Positions 36,879 to 46,607 of a DNA stretch of 64,000 nt are shown piece by piece; position 1 is the first letter of the stretch, and each line of letters begins with the position of its first letter. The notes under the pieces were generated by a model. That model was not told where the DNA came from. It did no database searches and saw nothing but the letters and a program-made list of their open reading frames with translations. Origin of the DNA: Acidobacteriia bacterium AH_259_A11_L15. GTDB taxonomy: Bacteria > Acidobacteriota > Terriglobia > Acidiferrales > 2-02-FULL-67-57. The stretch is taken from positions 3,474 through 67,473 of the forward strand of contig JALLOH010000002.1 of assembly GCA_027717655.1 (NCBI GenBank). The letters run 5' to 3'. The position numbers and the translations under genes were made by a program.

Positions 36879-37496
36879 TTGTTTCCCATGCCGGGCAAGA
36901 CCATCGTTGTGGGCATCAGCGGCGCCTCGGGGGCCGTGTATGCCAGGCGGCTGCTCCAGTTGCTGGCCGCTGACAAGCGGGTCGCGCACGTTCCCGTCGT
37001 GGTTTCCAGCGGCGGGATGCGCTTGCTCAAGGAAGAACTGAACATCGCGCCTAAAAAACTGGCGCAGTTGCCGGCGGCGCTGGTGGGCAAGGCGGCGGCC
37101 AAGAAGTTCGATTACCTGCACAACGCCGACATCGGAGCGTCGCTCGCCAGCGGCAGCTACCCCACCGACGGCATGGTCATCCTCCCCTGCTCGATGGCGA
37201 CCCTAGGGGCCATCGCCAGCGGGGTCACCGACAACCTGATGCGCCGGGCCGCCGACGTCCACCTGAAGGAAGGCCGGATGCTCGTGCTCTGCTGGCGGGA
37301 CTCGCCGCTGAACACGATTCACCTGGAAAACATGCTCCGAGTGGCGCGCGCCGGGGCGGTCAACTTCCCCATTTCGCCGGGGTATTACTTCGGAGCGCAG
37401 AAGCTGGACGAGCTGGTCACGCAGTTCTGCTGCCGGCTGCTGGCCCGCCTGGGCCTGCCCCAGGAAAAGCAGTTCCAGTGGAAAGGCCGGAAGTGA
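36879..37496 (+). CDS. ubiX: UbiX-family flavin prenyltransferase
   Basis: IVVGISGASGAVYARRLLQ...MVILPCSMATLGAIASGVTDNLMRRAADVHLKE. Confidence 0.9.
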   Translation: MFPMPGKTIVVGISGASGAVYARRLLQLLAADKRVAHVPVVVSSGGMRLLKEELNIAPKKLAQLPAALVGKAAAKKFDYLHNADIGASLASGSYPTDGMVILPCSMATLGAIASGVTDNLMRRAADVHLKEGRMLVLCWRDSPLNTIHLENMLRVARAGAVNFPISPGYYFGAQKLDELVTQFCCRLLARLGLPQEKQFQWKGRK

Positions 37497-37509
37497 TGAA
37501 TACACCAGC

Positions 37510-37573
37510 GAAAATAGAAAATGGAAAACAGAAAACAGGCTCCGCTCCCTCCTCTTTTCCATTTTCTATTTTC
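37510..37573. repeat. perfect 19-bp AT-rich inverted repeat with 26-nt loop between ubiX and the prenyltransferase gene
   Basis: GAAAATAGAAAATGGAAAA (37510-37528) and TTTTCCATTTTCTATTTTC (37555-37573), followed by a T-rich tract. Confidence 0.8.
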
Positions 37574-37603
37574 CCTTTTCGCCCTTTGCTTTTAGCGTTG
37601 CGG

Positions 37604-38425
37604 ATGATCAAGTTCGAGCACTCGGTGTTTGCTTTGCCGTTCGCTTTTCTGGGGGCGCTGCTGGCAGCGGAGGGCTGGCCCACCGGCCGCCAAATTTTCT
37701 GGATCATCGTGGCCATGGTGGGAGGGCGCAGCGCCGCCATGGCCTTCAATCGTATCGCCGACCTGCGCTACGACCGCCAGAACCCCCGCACGGCGAACCG
37801 CGAGCTACCCACCGGCAAGCTCTCGCTCCCTTTTGCTTGGACGTTTTCGATTGTTTCCGCCGCGGTGCTGGTCTTTGCCGCCTGGCAGTTGAACCCGTTG
37901 GCCCTGAAGCTCTCGCCCGCGGTGCTGGCGATTCTCTTCCTCTACTCCTACACCAAGCGCTTCACCACACTGACCCACTGGGTGCTGGGGTTGTGCCTGG
38001 GGATGGCGCCGGCAGGCGCCTGGGTGGCGGTGCGCGGCACGCTCGATTGGGAAATCGTGCCGCTCACGCTGGCGGTACTATTCTGGGTGGCGGGCTTCGA
38101 CATCATCTACGCCTGCCAAGACGTCGAGTTCGACCGGAAGGCGGGCCTCTACTCGCTCCCCAAGCGCATCGGCATAGCGAGGGCACTCTGGGTGTCGCGT
38201 ACGTTGCACGTGCTGATGCTGGCGCTGCTCTTCTGGCTGGGGCGCGACACCGGATTAGGCGCGCTGGGGTTCACCGGCCTGGCGGTGGTGGCCGGCCTGT
38301 TGGCTTACGAGCACTCGCTGGTCAAGCCGAATGACCTGAGCAAAGTGAATGCTGCATTCTTCACCGTGAACGGCTATATTAGTGTTTTGCTGCTGCTTTT
38401 CTGGGGCGCGGATATCCTGACGTGA
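37604..38425 (+). CDS. UbiA-family aromatic prenyltransferase (4-hydroxybenzoate polyprenyltransferase-like; MqnP-type candidate)
   Basis: MIKFEHSVFALPFAF...GRSAAMAFNRIADLRYDRQNPRTANRELP... (NxxxD..D motif), about 8 TM helices. ATG at 37604 is preferred over 37478, which would translate the inverted repeat. Confidence 0.85.
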   Translation: MIKFEHSVFALPFAFLGALLAAEGWPTGRQIFWIIVAMVGGRSAAMAFNRIADLRYDRQNPRTANRELPTGKLSLPFAWTFSIVSAAVLVFAAWQLNPLALKLSPAVLAILFLYSYTKRFTTLTHWVLGLCLGMAPAGAWVAVRGTLDWEIVPLTLAVLFWVAGFDIIYACQDVEFDRKAGLYSLPKRIGIARALWVSRTLHVLMLALLFWLGRDTGLGALGFTGLAVVAGLLAYEHSLVKPNDLSKVNAAFFTVNGYISVLLLLFWGADILT

Positions 38426-39570
38426 ATTGCAGCCAATTCATCGCCGAGGACAAGCAACTGGAGCCGATTGCCGAGAAGGTGACGGCGGGCGCGCGGCTGT
38501 CGTTTGAGGAGGGGGTGGCGCTCTACCGCTCGAACGACTTGCTGGCGATCGGCTGGCTGGCCAACCAGGTCCGCGAGCAGAAACACGGCAACGTCTGCTA
38601 CTACAACATCAACCGGCATATCAACCCGACGAACACCTGCGTGGCGCATTGTCGCTTGTGCGCTTTCGGGCGCGATGCCGAGGCTCCCGGCGCTTACACC
38701 ATGGCGCTGGAGGAGGTCTTTGGCACGGCGGCGAGCGGTTACAGCGAAGCGGTTACTGAGTTCCACATCGTGGGCGGGCTGCACCCCGACCTGCCCTTCC
38801 AGTACTACCTCGATCTGCTCCGCGGCCTGAAGGAGCGCTTCCCCCAGGTCCACCTGAAAGCCTTCACCATGGTCGAGATCGGCTACTTCGCCCGCATTAC
38901 CAAGATGTCGACCCGTGATGTGTTGCTGAAGCTAAGGGAAGCCGGGCTGGGCTCGCTGCCGGGCGGCGGAGCGGAGATTTTTCATCCCCGGGTGCGCAAG
39001 ATCATCTGCGACCACAAGATCTCCGGGATGATGTGGCTGCAAACGGCGCGCACGGCGCACGAGCTGGGCCTGCGCTCGAACGCCACCATGCTCTACGGCC
39101 ACATCGAGACAGAGGAAGAACGGGTCGACCACCTGTTGAAGCTGCGCTCGCTGCAGGACGAGACCCGCGGGTTCGTCTGCTTCATCCCCCTGGCCTTCCA
39201 CCCGGAGAACACCGCCCTGAGCCACCTGCCCAAGACCACGGGCTTCCTCGACCTCAAAAACATCGCCATCAGCCGCCTGCTGCTCGACAACTTCCCCCAC
39301 GTCAAGGCTTACTGGATCATGCTCACCCCGGCCATCGCCCAGGTGGCGCTGCGCTTCGGCGCTGACGACCTCGACGGCACCGTGGTCGAGGAGAAGATCT
39401 ACCACGACGCCGGGGCGAAGACCGCGCAGGCGATGCGCCGCTCGGAGTTGATCCGCCTGATTCGCGAGGCCGGGCGCGACCCCCTCGAGCGCGACACCCT
39501 CTACCGCCCCGTGCAGCGCACGCCCACGGGCGAGCCCCGCCTCGACACCACCCTCAGCGTCAACGTCTAG
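38422..39570 (+). CDS. menaquinone (futalosine pathway) radical SAM enzyme, MqnC/MqnE family
   Basis: NINRHINPTNTCVAHCRLCAF (CxxxCxxC-type cluster), FHIVGGLHPDLPFQYY, CofH/MqnC/MqnE-like length. I cannot separate MqnC from MqnE by eye. Confidence 0.85.
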   Translation: MNCSQFIAEDKQLEPIAEKVTAGARLSFEEGVALYRSNDLLAIGWLANQVREQKHGNVCYYNINRHINPTNTCVAHCRLCAFGRDAEAPGAYTMALEEVFGTAASGYSEAVTEFHIVGGLHPDLPFQYYLDLLRGLKERFPQVHLKAFTMVEIGYFARITKMSTRDVLLKLREAGLGSLPGGGAEIFHPRVRKIICDHKISGMMWLQTARTAHELGLRSNATMLYGHIETEEERVDHLLKLRSLQDETRGFVCFIPLAFHPENTALSHLPKTTGFLDLKNIAISRLLLDNFPHVKAYWIMLTPAIAQVALRFGADDLDGTVVEEKIYHDAGAKTAQAMRRSELIRLIREAGRDPLERDTLYRPVQRTPTGEPRLDTTLSVNV

Positions 39571-39632
39571 CCCGCCGCTCAGCCAGCGGCCGGTTGCCCG
39601 CGGGGTTATACTAGGGACAAGCCTGGCGTGAT

Positions 39633-41522
39633 ATGAAGGGCCGATTCGCACCGCTCTCTCTGCTTTTGCTGGCGGGGGTCGTGGGGCTCTCGCACGCGGC
39701 CAAGCCCGCCCAGTGGGTGGAAGTGCGCTCGAAGCACTTCCACGTGGTCAGCGACGCCAAGCCCAAGAAGGTACGGCAGTTCACGGAAAAACTGGAAAGG
39801 TACCGCCATCTGCTGACGTTGATGTTTCCCGGCCTACGCTATGATTCGCCGGCCCCCACTCGGGTGTTCCTATTCAAAAACGACGAGAGCTACAAACCGT
39901 ACGAGCCGCTCACGCCGGACGGCAAGCCGATGGACATGGCGGGATTCATGCAACCCGGGCCGGAGCGGATGTACGTGGTGGTAAACCTGAGCGAATACGA
40001 ATCGGAGTACGTGCTTTTCCATGAGTACGTTCACGTGGTGATGCGGCGGACGTTCCAGGACGTGCCCGTCTGGCTGAACGAAGGGCTGGCGGAGTTCTTT
40101 GAGCAGACGACCCTGAAACGTGACGGCCGATTCGTGCTCGGCCAGTGGCAGCGGCAGTACTGGAACCTGCTCAAGCGCTACGACTTGATTCCTCTGGACG
40201 TACTGCTGGCAGTGCACCGGCAATCGGAGCACTACCTCCCCGGTCAGAAGCGGAAGCTTTTTTACGCGCAGTCCTGGCTGCTGGTGCACTACTTGATGGT
40301 GGCCGATGAAGGGAAGCGCCAGGGGCAACTGAACCGGTTCGTGCAGTTGCTGCTACAGGGCATCCCCCAAGAGACCTCCTTTCGCCAAGCCTTCGGCACC
40401 GATTACCCGGGGATGCACCGGCAGTTGCGCGACTACTTGATGCGCCGTAGCCTGACCCGGTACGAAGGTAAGGTGACCAACCCGCTGGCACTGGAACTGG
40501 TGGAACCGACACCGATTCCGGAGCGGGTGGCGCGGGCCTACGCAACCGACCTATGGCTGAACACCCAACGGGTCGAAGAGGCCGAGCAAGCGCTGCAGCA
40601 ACTGGCGGCCTCGGAGCCGGCACCCCCCGAGGTGCTTTTCCGGCTGGGACGGCTGGCCCTGCTCCGCGGCCAGATGGAAGAAGCCGAGAAGCATTTCCTG
40701 GGGGCGCTCGAAAGCGATCCGGATGACCTCAGCCTGCGATACTACGCGGCGCAAGCCGTGAGCCGCGGCCGGCTGGTCTGGGCCTCCGGCGAAGAGAAAA
40801 ATCGAGCCGCCGCTCAGATTCTCGAGCTGCTCTCGCCCATCCTGAAAGAACCAGAAAAATTCCCTGACGCCTACCGTTTGGTCGTGGAAACGCGCCTAGC
40901 TCGCAACGACCCGCCGGCAGAAATGATTGCCGTGCTGGAGCAAGCCCGGCGCATCCCGTCCCTGCGCGGCGTGTTCAACCTGTTGCTGGCCGATTACTAC
41001 ATCCGCGAGAAGCGCTGGGGCGAAGCAGAGGCGCTCCTCCGAGAGGTTGCCAGGGAATCGGACCACGCATACGAGCGGGAGCAGGCGGAAGAATGGTTGC
41101 GGGAAGTCCGGGCGGCCCGCGAAGGCCGTCCGCTTCCAGCCGGTGGTGCTTCCGGCGGCGATGAAACATTGCCCGAGCCTGTCGCCCGGGTGCATCGCCC
41201 GGTGGAGCCGCAACCGACGCCCCAGCCGGGCTCGCCGCCCAAGGTCGGTTACGCCCGGGGGACGTTGGTGAACGTCGCCTGTGCTTCCGACGACTCCGCC
41301 GTGGCGACAGTGACGACAGAGACGGAAGAGGGGGCCCAGCCGGAGACCATCCACCTAGCCGTGCGTTCACTCTCGCGAGTTCTCCTGCTGGACCCAACCG
41401 AGAGTGGGGAGAAGCTGGAGTGCGGACCATCCGGCCTACCGGTAGGCATCAACTATCGGGTCGAGCCGCAGGGCCCGAACGTAGCCGGGGTGGTGATGAC
41501 GATTGAGCTCTACCCGCCGTAG
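39633..41522 (+). CDS. secreted putative zinc metallopeptidase (HExxH) with C-terminal TPR repeats
   Basis: Signal peptide, LFHEYVHVVM...WLNEGLAEFF (HExxH plus a downstream E, MA-clan/DUF1570-like), then TPR-like repeats. Confidence 0.7.
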   Translation: MKGRFAPLSLLLLAGVVGLSHAAKPAQWVEVRSKHFHVVSDAKPKKVRQFTEKLERYRHLLTLMFPGLRYDSPAPTRVFLFKNDESYKPYEPLTPDGKPMDMAGFMQPGPERMYVVVNLSEYESEYVLFHEYVHVVMRRTFQDVPVWLNEGLAEFFEQTTLKRDGRFVLGQWQRQYWNLLKRYDLIPLDVLLAVHRQSEHYLPGQKRKLFYAQSWLLVHYLMVADEGKRQGQLNRFVQLLLQGIPQETSFRQAFGTDYPGMHRQLRDYLMRRSLTRYEGKVTNPLALELVEPTPIPERVARAYATDLWLNTQRVEEAEQALQQLAASEPAPPEVLFRLGRLALLRGQMEEAEKHFLGALESDPDDLSLRYYAAQAVSRGRLVWASGEEKNRAAAQILELLSPILKEPEKFPDAYRLVVETRLARNDPPAEMIAVLEQARRIPSLRGVFNLLLADYYIREKRWGEAEALLREVARESDHAYEREQAEEWLREVRAAREGRPLPAGGASGGDETLPEPVARVHRPVEPQPTPQPGSPPKVGYARGTLVNVACASDDSAVATVTTETEEGAQPETIHLAVRSLSRVLLLDPTESGEKLECGPSGLPVGINYRVEPQGPNVAGVVMTIELYPP

Positions 41523-42807
41523 CCCTAGCCCGTTTCCAGCCGCCCCACACCAGCAGCGCGTACACCGGGAAGTATTCCAGCCAGACAAGCCAGGGCTGGT
41601 ATTCCCACCGGCCGCCAGCCGTATAGCCGATCAGGGCGTGGTAGCTGAGCAGCACGGTGGCGGTGAAGAGCAGGAAGCCGGGATTGGGGAAGAAGCAGAG
41701 AAAAGGCACCAGCCAGGTGACGTACCAGGGAAAGACGCTGGGCGAGAGCAGCAGCACCGCCCCCACGAGTAGATACGAAGCCCGCAGCGGCTCCATCCGC
41801 TTCACCGCGCAGTAGACGGCCAACCCGGCCACCACCCCCAACCCGACGCCCGCCGCGATGGTTTCTTGTTTGGTGGCGGCCAAGAGGAGGGCATAGAGGC
41901 TCTCGTTGTTGCGCCATTTTTCCGCATAAGCGAAAAAACCGCTCCCGAGCCCCCAGCCGGCTTCCCGGTACGGCAGCAGAAGTGCTCCCGCGGCCGCCAG
42001 GAAGGCCGGAAGGCCCCACCACCGGCCCCGCCACCAAAACACGGGGGCCGCCACCGCCGCGAACCACTTGCTGAGGGCCGCGGCCGCCAGGGCCAGATTT
42101 GACATCACCGGCCGCTCTCGTATAATCAGGGCATTCGCTAGTAGGAAAAAGAAGAGCGCGATCGAGTCGTTGTGCCCGCTGGCAGCGAATTCGACGACGA
42201 CCAGCGGGCACCAGCCATAAAGGAGGGCGCGAGCCGGCGGTTCCCGCCGCACCGACAAGAGTCCCACGACCAGGAGGAGCGTCGCCAAGTCGAAGGCGAC
42301 GCTCAAGAGTTTGAACCCGGCCAGGCCATCCAGCCGGGCAGTGAGTCGAAAGAGCAACTCGGTCAGGGGCCCGTAGGCGGTGGGAAACGCCGCCCCGGGG
42401 AGGTCCTGGGGCTCGGGGCGGTCAGGCAACTCCGGCAAATCGCCGGCCAGGCTGTCGGGAGTGACGAGATAGGGGTTCTGGCCGGCCAGTTGGATTTCGC
42501 CCTCCCAGACGTACCGGTAAAAGTCGTCCGAAAGAGTCGGGGGAAGAGGGAACAAGGTGGCGCGAAAAACCACGGCGGCCAGCAGCACCACCACCAGGGA
42601 GGCGGGTGTGGTTTTCCGCCAGGAACACACCAGCCAGGCGGCCACGAAATAGACCACGCTGGCCGCCAGCGCGATCACCAGAGCGCCGATGAGGTTTTCA
42701 TCCAGCGGATTCAGCCGGCGCAGCAGGAGAAAGGCAGCTTGCAGTAACCCGGCCAGCACCGCCAAGGCCAGGGGTTGGGGGAGCCGGTCGAGGAACGGAA
42801 CTTTCAT
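41449..42807 (-). CDS. polytopic membrane glycosyltransferase (GT87/DUF2029- or PIG-M-like mannosyltransferase family)
   Basis: About 11 TM helices with an N-terminal loop motif LSDDFYRYVWEGEIQLAGQNPY, typical of polyprenol-phosphate-sugar-dependent GT-C enzymes. Confidence 0.65.
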   Translation of the reverse strand: MKVPFLDRLPQPLALAVLAGLLQAAFLLLRRLNPLDENLIGALVIALAASVVYFVAAWLVCSWRKTTPASLVVVLLAAVVFRATLFPLPPTLSDDFYRYVWEGEIQLAGQNPYLVTPDSLAGDLPELPDRPEPQDLPGAAFPTAYGPLTELLFRLTARLDGLAGFKLLSVAFDLATLLLVVGLLSVRREPPARALLYGWCPLVVVEFAASGHNDSIALFFFLLANALIIRERPVMSNLALAAAALSKWFAAVAAPVFWWRGRWWGLPAFLAAAGALLLPYREAGWGLGSGFFAYAEKWRNNESLYALLLAATKQETIAAGVGLGVVAGLAVYCAVKRMEPLRASYLLVGAVLLLSPSVFPWYVTWLVPFLCFFPNPGFLLFTATVLLSYHALIGYTAGGRWEYQPWLVWLEYFPVYALLVWGGWKRARATAGRAQSSSPPRLRSGPAARPDS

Positions 42808-42837
42808 GGTCGCAAGAAGGATCTAGGTCGCTAGACG

Positions 42838-44451
42838 ATGCCGACGCTGATCGCGGCAGGGGTTCTGAACCCGGTGGAGCGCTACCTGCGCTTCCTGGTG
42901 GCCGACGATCCTTTCCGCGGGCTGTACAACCTGAACGCTTTCGACCTGCTGTTGCTGGTGCCCTATTTCGCGGTCCTGATCACTCTCAGCTTCTACGGCC
43001 TGCACCGCTATCGTCTCATCTACCTCTACAAGAAGCACCGGCGGCGGCGGCCGCCGCCAGAGCCCGCGGCGCCCTTCGTCTCCGCTCCGGGCAAGCCGGC
43101 GGAGTGGCCGCAGGTTACCATACAGCTACCGATCTACAACGAGAAGTACGTGGTCGAGCGCCTGATCGACACGGTGGCTCAGATTGACTACCCGCGCGAG
43201 CGGCTGGAAATCCAGGTGCTCGACGATTCGACCGACGACACCGTCCAGGTCGCCCGCGCCTCGGTGGAGCGCCACGCCGCTCGGGGCCTGCCCATCCGCC
43301 ACCTCCGTCGCACTCACCGGACCGGCTACAAGGCGGGTGCGCTGGCCGAGGGCTTGCAGCAGGCCCGCGGCCAGTTCGTCGCCATCTTCGACGCCGACTT
43401 CCTGCCCCCGGCCGACTTCCTGCGGCGCACCGTGCCGCACTTCACCGATCCCACCCTGGCGATGGTGCAGACGCGCTGGACCTACGTGAACCGCCATTAC
43501 TCGCTGCTCACCGAGGTCCAGGCCATCCTGCTCGACGCCCACTTCGTGCTCGAGCACGGCGGCCGCTGGCGCGCCGGGTTATTCTTCAACTTCAACGGCA
43601 CCGCCGGCATCTGGCGGCGCCAAGCCATCGAAGACGCCGGCGGCTGGCAGCACGACACCCTGACCGAGGACACCGACCTCAGTTACCGGGCGCAACTGAA
43701 GGGCTGGAAGTTCCTCTACCTGCCCGACGTCGAGTGCCCCTCGGAACTGCCGGTTGACATCAACGCCTTCAAAACCCAGCAGGCGCGCTGGGCCAAGGGC
43801 CTGATGCAGACGGCGAAAAAGATCCTGCCCCGCGTCTTGCGGGCGCGCTTGCCCTGGCGGATCAAGCTCGAAGCCGTCTACCACCTGACCGGCTGCGTCT
43901 GCTATCCCCTGATGGTGGCGCTGTCCGTGCTGCTGCTGCCGGCGATGATCGTGCGCCTTTACGGCGGCTGGTGGCAGGTGCTCTGGATCGACCTGCCGCT
44001 GTTCCTGGCCGCCACCTGTTCGGTTTCGAGCTTCTACCTGGTGGCCCAGAAGGAGCTCGACCCGCGCGGCTGGAAGCGGGCCTTCCTTTTCCTGCCCATC
44101 CTAATGGCCGTCGGCATCGGGTTGGCGTTGCGCAACGCCCGCGCCGTGCTGGAAGCCATCTGGGGGGTGGAGTCGGCCTTCGTGCGCACGCCCAAGTACC
44201 GCATCGAGACCGCCCGCCAGCCCTGGTATTCGAAGGTCTACCGCTCGGCCGAGCGCAACTGGCTGCCCTGGGTGGAGCTGAGCCTGGGCGCCTACTTCGT
44301 CTGGGCCACTCTCTATGCTTTCGGAAACGAGAACTACGCCACCGTGCCCTTCCTTTGTCTGTTCCTCTACGGCTACCTCTACACCGGCTTTCTCTCGCTG
44401 ACCCAACCCTTCTGGGACCGGCTGGCCTCGCTGGCCGGCTTGCGGTCATAA
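42838..44451 (+). CDS. processive family-2 glycosyltransferase (CslA/BcsA-like)
   Basis: [38 protein letters not shown] (D,D,D,QxxRW), flanking TM helices. Confidence 0.9.
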   Translation: MPTLIAAGVLNPVERYLRFLVADDPFRGLYNLNAFDLLLLVPYFAVLITLSFYGLHRYRLIYLYKKHRRRRPPPEPAAPFVSAPGKPAEWPQVTIQLPIYNEKYVVERLIDTVAQIDYPRERLEIQVLDDSTDDTVQVARASVERHAARGLPIRHLRRTHRTGYKAGALAEGLQQARGQFVAIFDADFLPPADFLRRTVPHFTDPTLAMVQTRWTYVNRHYSLLTEVQAILLDAHFVLEHGGRWRAGLFFNFNGTAGIWRRQAIEDAGGWQHDTLTEDTDLSYRAQLKGWKFLYLPDVECPSELPVDINAFKTQQARWAKGLMQTAKKILPRVLRARLPWRIKLEAVYHLTGCVCYPLMVALSVLLLPAMIVRLYGGWWQVLWIDLPLFLAATCSVSSFYLVAQKELDPRGWKRAFLFLPILMAVGIGLALRNARAVLEAIWGVESAFVRTPKYRIETARQPWYSKVYRSAERNWLPWVELSLGAYFVWATLYAFGNENYATVPFLCLFLYGYLYTGFLSLTQPFWDRLASLAGLRS

Positions 44452-44585
44452 GGCCGCTCAGTGTAGTTTTCTTCCTGTCTCTGAGCGCTCTGCGTTCTCT
44501 GCAGCAGGAAAGCTAACCGCAGAGGCTCCCTTCGGCTGCGCTCAGGACAGGCAGAGGACGCAGAGAAAAACTTTGAGGACAACCT

Positions 44586-46310
44586 GTGACGAGAAAACAA
44601 CCGGGGGCAGTGCTGCTGGGTTTTCTGCTTGCGATCCTGCTGCCGGGAGCGGCGCGCGAAAAGGAGCCGGTGGATGAATATGCCGGCCGGCGGGACCGCT
44701 TGCTCGAACGAGTGAACGCTCCGGTGGTCCTCTTCGGCCATGGCGGCCGGGAGAACACCGCGCCCGACGCCACCTTCTGGCAGGAGCCGAACTTCTACTA
44801 TCTGACCGGCCACGACGAGCCCGGGGCGGCGTTGCTGCTCGTCCCCCAGACCGAGGAAGCAAAAGCCGCCGGGCTGCCCGGAGAAATCCTCTTTTTGCCG
44901 CCGCGGGACAAGGCCCGCGAGCGCTGGGCAGGCGTCAAGCTCGGCCCCGCTGACCCTGCCGCGCCCGCGCAGACGGGTTTCGCGGTCGTCAAGCCCGCGG
45001 GCGCGCTGCGGGGCGAGTTGGAGCAGGTGCTAGAGATTTTCCCCGCCGTCTATACGCTGTTTCCCTTGCCCACGCCCGAGAACGGCCCGGCGGGGGAGCT
45101 CAGCCACGCCGGGCGCTGGTACGACTGGCTGCGGGCGGTGGCTCCGCTGACCGAGTTCCGCGACGTCCGCAGCGTTCTGGGCGGGATGCGCCAGGTGAAG
45201 TCCGAGAGCGAGCTCACCCTGCTGCGCTTCTCCATCGAGCAGTCCATGGAGGCGCACCGGGCGGCAATGGGGGCGCTGCGTCCGGGAATGTATGAGTATG
45301 AACTCGCCGCCCTGATGGAGCGCAGCTTCGCGGGAGCGGGCTGCGAGCGCCCCGGCTACCCGCCCATTGTGGGCTCCGGATTCAACTCCACCGTGCTCCA
45401 CTATGACGCCAACCGTCGGAAAATGCCGGCCGGCGACCTGGTGGTGATCGACGTGGCCGGCGAGTGCAACGGCTACACGGCCGACATCACCCGCACGCTG
45501 CCGGTGAGTGGGAAGTTCACCGAGCGCCAGCGGGAAATCTACCAGATTGTGCTGGCGGCGCAGAACGCCGCCCTCGAAGCCGTGCGGCCCGGCATGACCC
45601 TTGCCCGCACCGGCGAGAACTCGCTCTACCGCATCGCCTACGACTACATCAACTCCCACGGCACCGACCAGGACGGCGAGCCCCTGGGGCCGTACTTCAT
45701 CCACGGGCTCGGCCACCACATCGGCCTGGAGGTGCACGACGCCGGGCCGCGCGGCCGGCCGCTGAAGCCGGGGATGATCTTCACCATCGAGCCCGGCATC
45801 TACCTCCCGGAGGAAAGCCTGGGGGTGCGCATCGAGGACATCGTGCTGGTGACCGAGGACGGCTACGAGCTGCTGACGGCCGCCTTACCGCGGACGGTGG
45901 AGAAAATCGAAGAGCTGATGAGCTGCAACCAGCCAAATCTCGCCAACCCTGTCATCGAGATCACACGCGCGGAGCAGGAAATAGTTCTCGGCCAGGAGAT
46001 CGTCCGCTATTGGTTAACCGTTTCTAACTGGTCCGAGTTTCCGGACGAGCTCTTTGAGCCTTCCCCCGACCTTCCTCCCTGCGGGGGGAACAACAATGCC
46101 GCCCGAACCTGGGTAGACATCTACGCGGAAGATGGAAAGCGTGTCTATCGATTTTGTGCCCTTGACTCCGCCGCAGGCCTGACACGCCTTTGGTTTGCTG
46201 TGCAGAAGGACGAGCTTCCCCCGGAACGCGTATACATAACCTTGAGGGATCGCCGCTGCCAGAAGACCTATAAGTCGAACCTGGCGAGCACAGCAGTCGA
46301 TATCGAATAA
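44586..46310 (+). CDS. Xaa-Pro aminopeptidase (M24B) with signal peptide and an extra about 130-aa C-terminal domain
   Basis: Creatinase-N-like and M24 core (VIDVAGECNGYTADITRT, HGLGHHIGLEVHD, FTIEPGIY, RIEDIV). The core normally ends near ...EKIEELM, but here 130 more codons follow. Confidence 0.85.
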   Translation: MTRKQPGAVLLGFLLAILLPGAAREKEPVDEYAGRRDRLLERVNAPVVLFGHGGRENTAPDATFWQEPNFYYLTGHDEPGAALLLVPQTEEAKAAGLPGEILFLPPRDKARERWAGVKLGPADPAAPAQTGFAVVKPAGALRGELEQVLEIFPAVYTLFPLPTPENGPAGELSHAGRWYDWLRAVAPLTEFRDVRSVLGGMRQVKSESELTLLRFSIEQSMEAHRAAMGALRPGMYEYELAALMERSFAGAGCERPGYPPIVGSGFNSTVLHYDANRRKMPAGDLVVIDVAGECNGYTADITRTLPVSGKFTERQREIYQIVLAAQNAALEAVRPGMTLARTGENSLYRIAYDYINSHGTDQDGEPLGPYFIHGLGHHIGLEVHDAGPRGRPLKPGMIFTIEPGIYLPEESLGVRIEDIVLVTEDGYELLTAALPRTVEKIEELMSCNQPNLANPVIEITRAEQEIVLGQEIVRYWLTVSNWSEFPDELFEPSPDLPPCGGNNNAARTWVDIYAEDGKRVYRFCALDSAAGLTRLWFAVQKDELPPERVYITLRDRRCQKTYKSNLASTAVDIE

Positions 46311-46607
46311 ACCCGGTTCTTCCGTCACGTTTGCGGGGTAGCCTTTGACCGCAATCAAACGTTGGCTCCCAGCGGCGTCCTTCGGCTTCACTTCCCTCGA
46401 CGCGGCTCGGGACAGGCAGGACGAGGGGGCCGCAGGGTTGAACAGAGAAGAAAGAAACCGCACGGGGCGCCTGTTCGACAGCTACCATCCCAGCCAGCAA
46501 GACACCCAGACGGGCCGGCTCACCCCGGCGATGATCAAGCGGGTCCTGCGGGACGTGGGAAAATACCTGGACGATTAGGAAACCTGTGTCGGGGAAAAAA
46601 GCAGTGG

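Noticed and set aside
41449-41522. 74-bp convergent overlap between the peptidase/TPR gene and the GT87-like gene, as a possible sign of frameshift or recoding.
   Set aside because: The overlapping tail of the glycosyltransferase ORF is low-complexity (RARATAGRAQSSSPPRLRSGPAARPDS) and is probably just a late stop in GC-rich sequence. Nothing suggests a functional overlap. A sequencing error cannot be excluded.
46345-46578. 77-aa + strand ORF between pepP and the two-domain secreted protein gene.
   Set aside because: It has a TTG start without an RBS and many A/T-ending and rare codons (cga, gga, aga, cca), unlike the genuine genes here. No motif was recognised.
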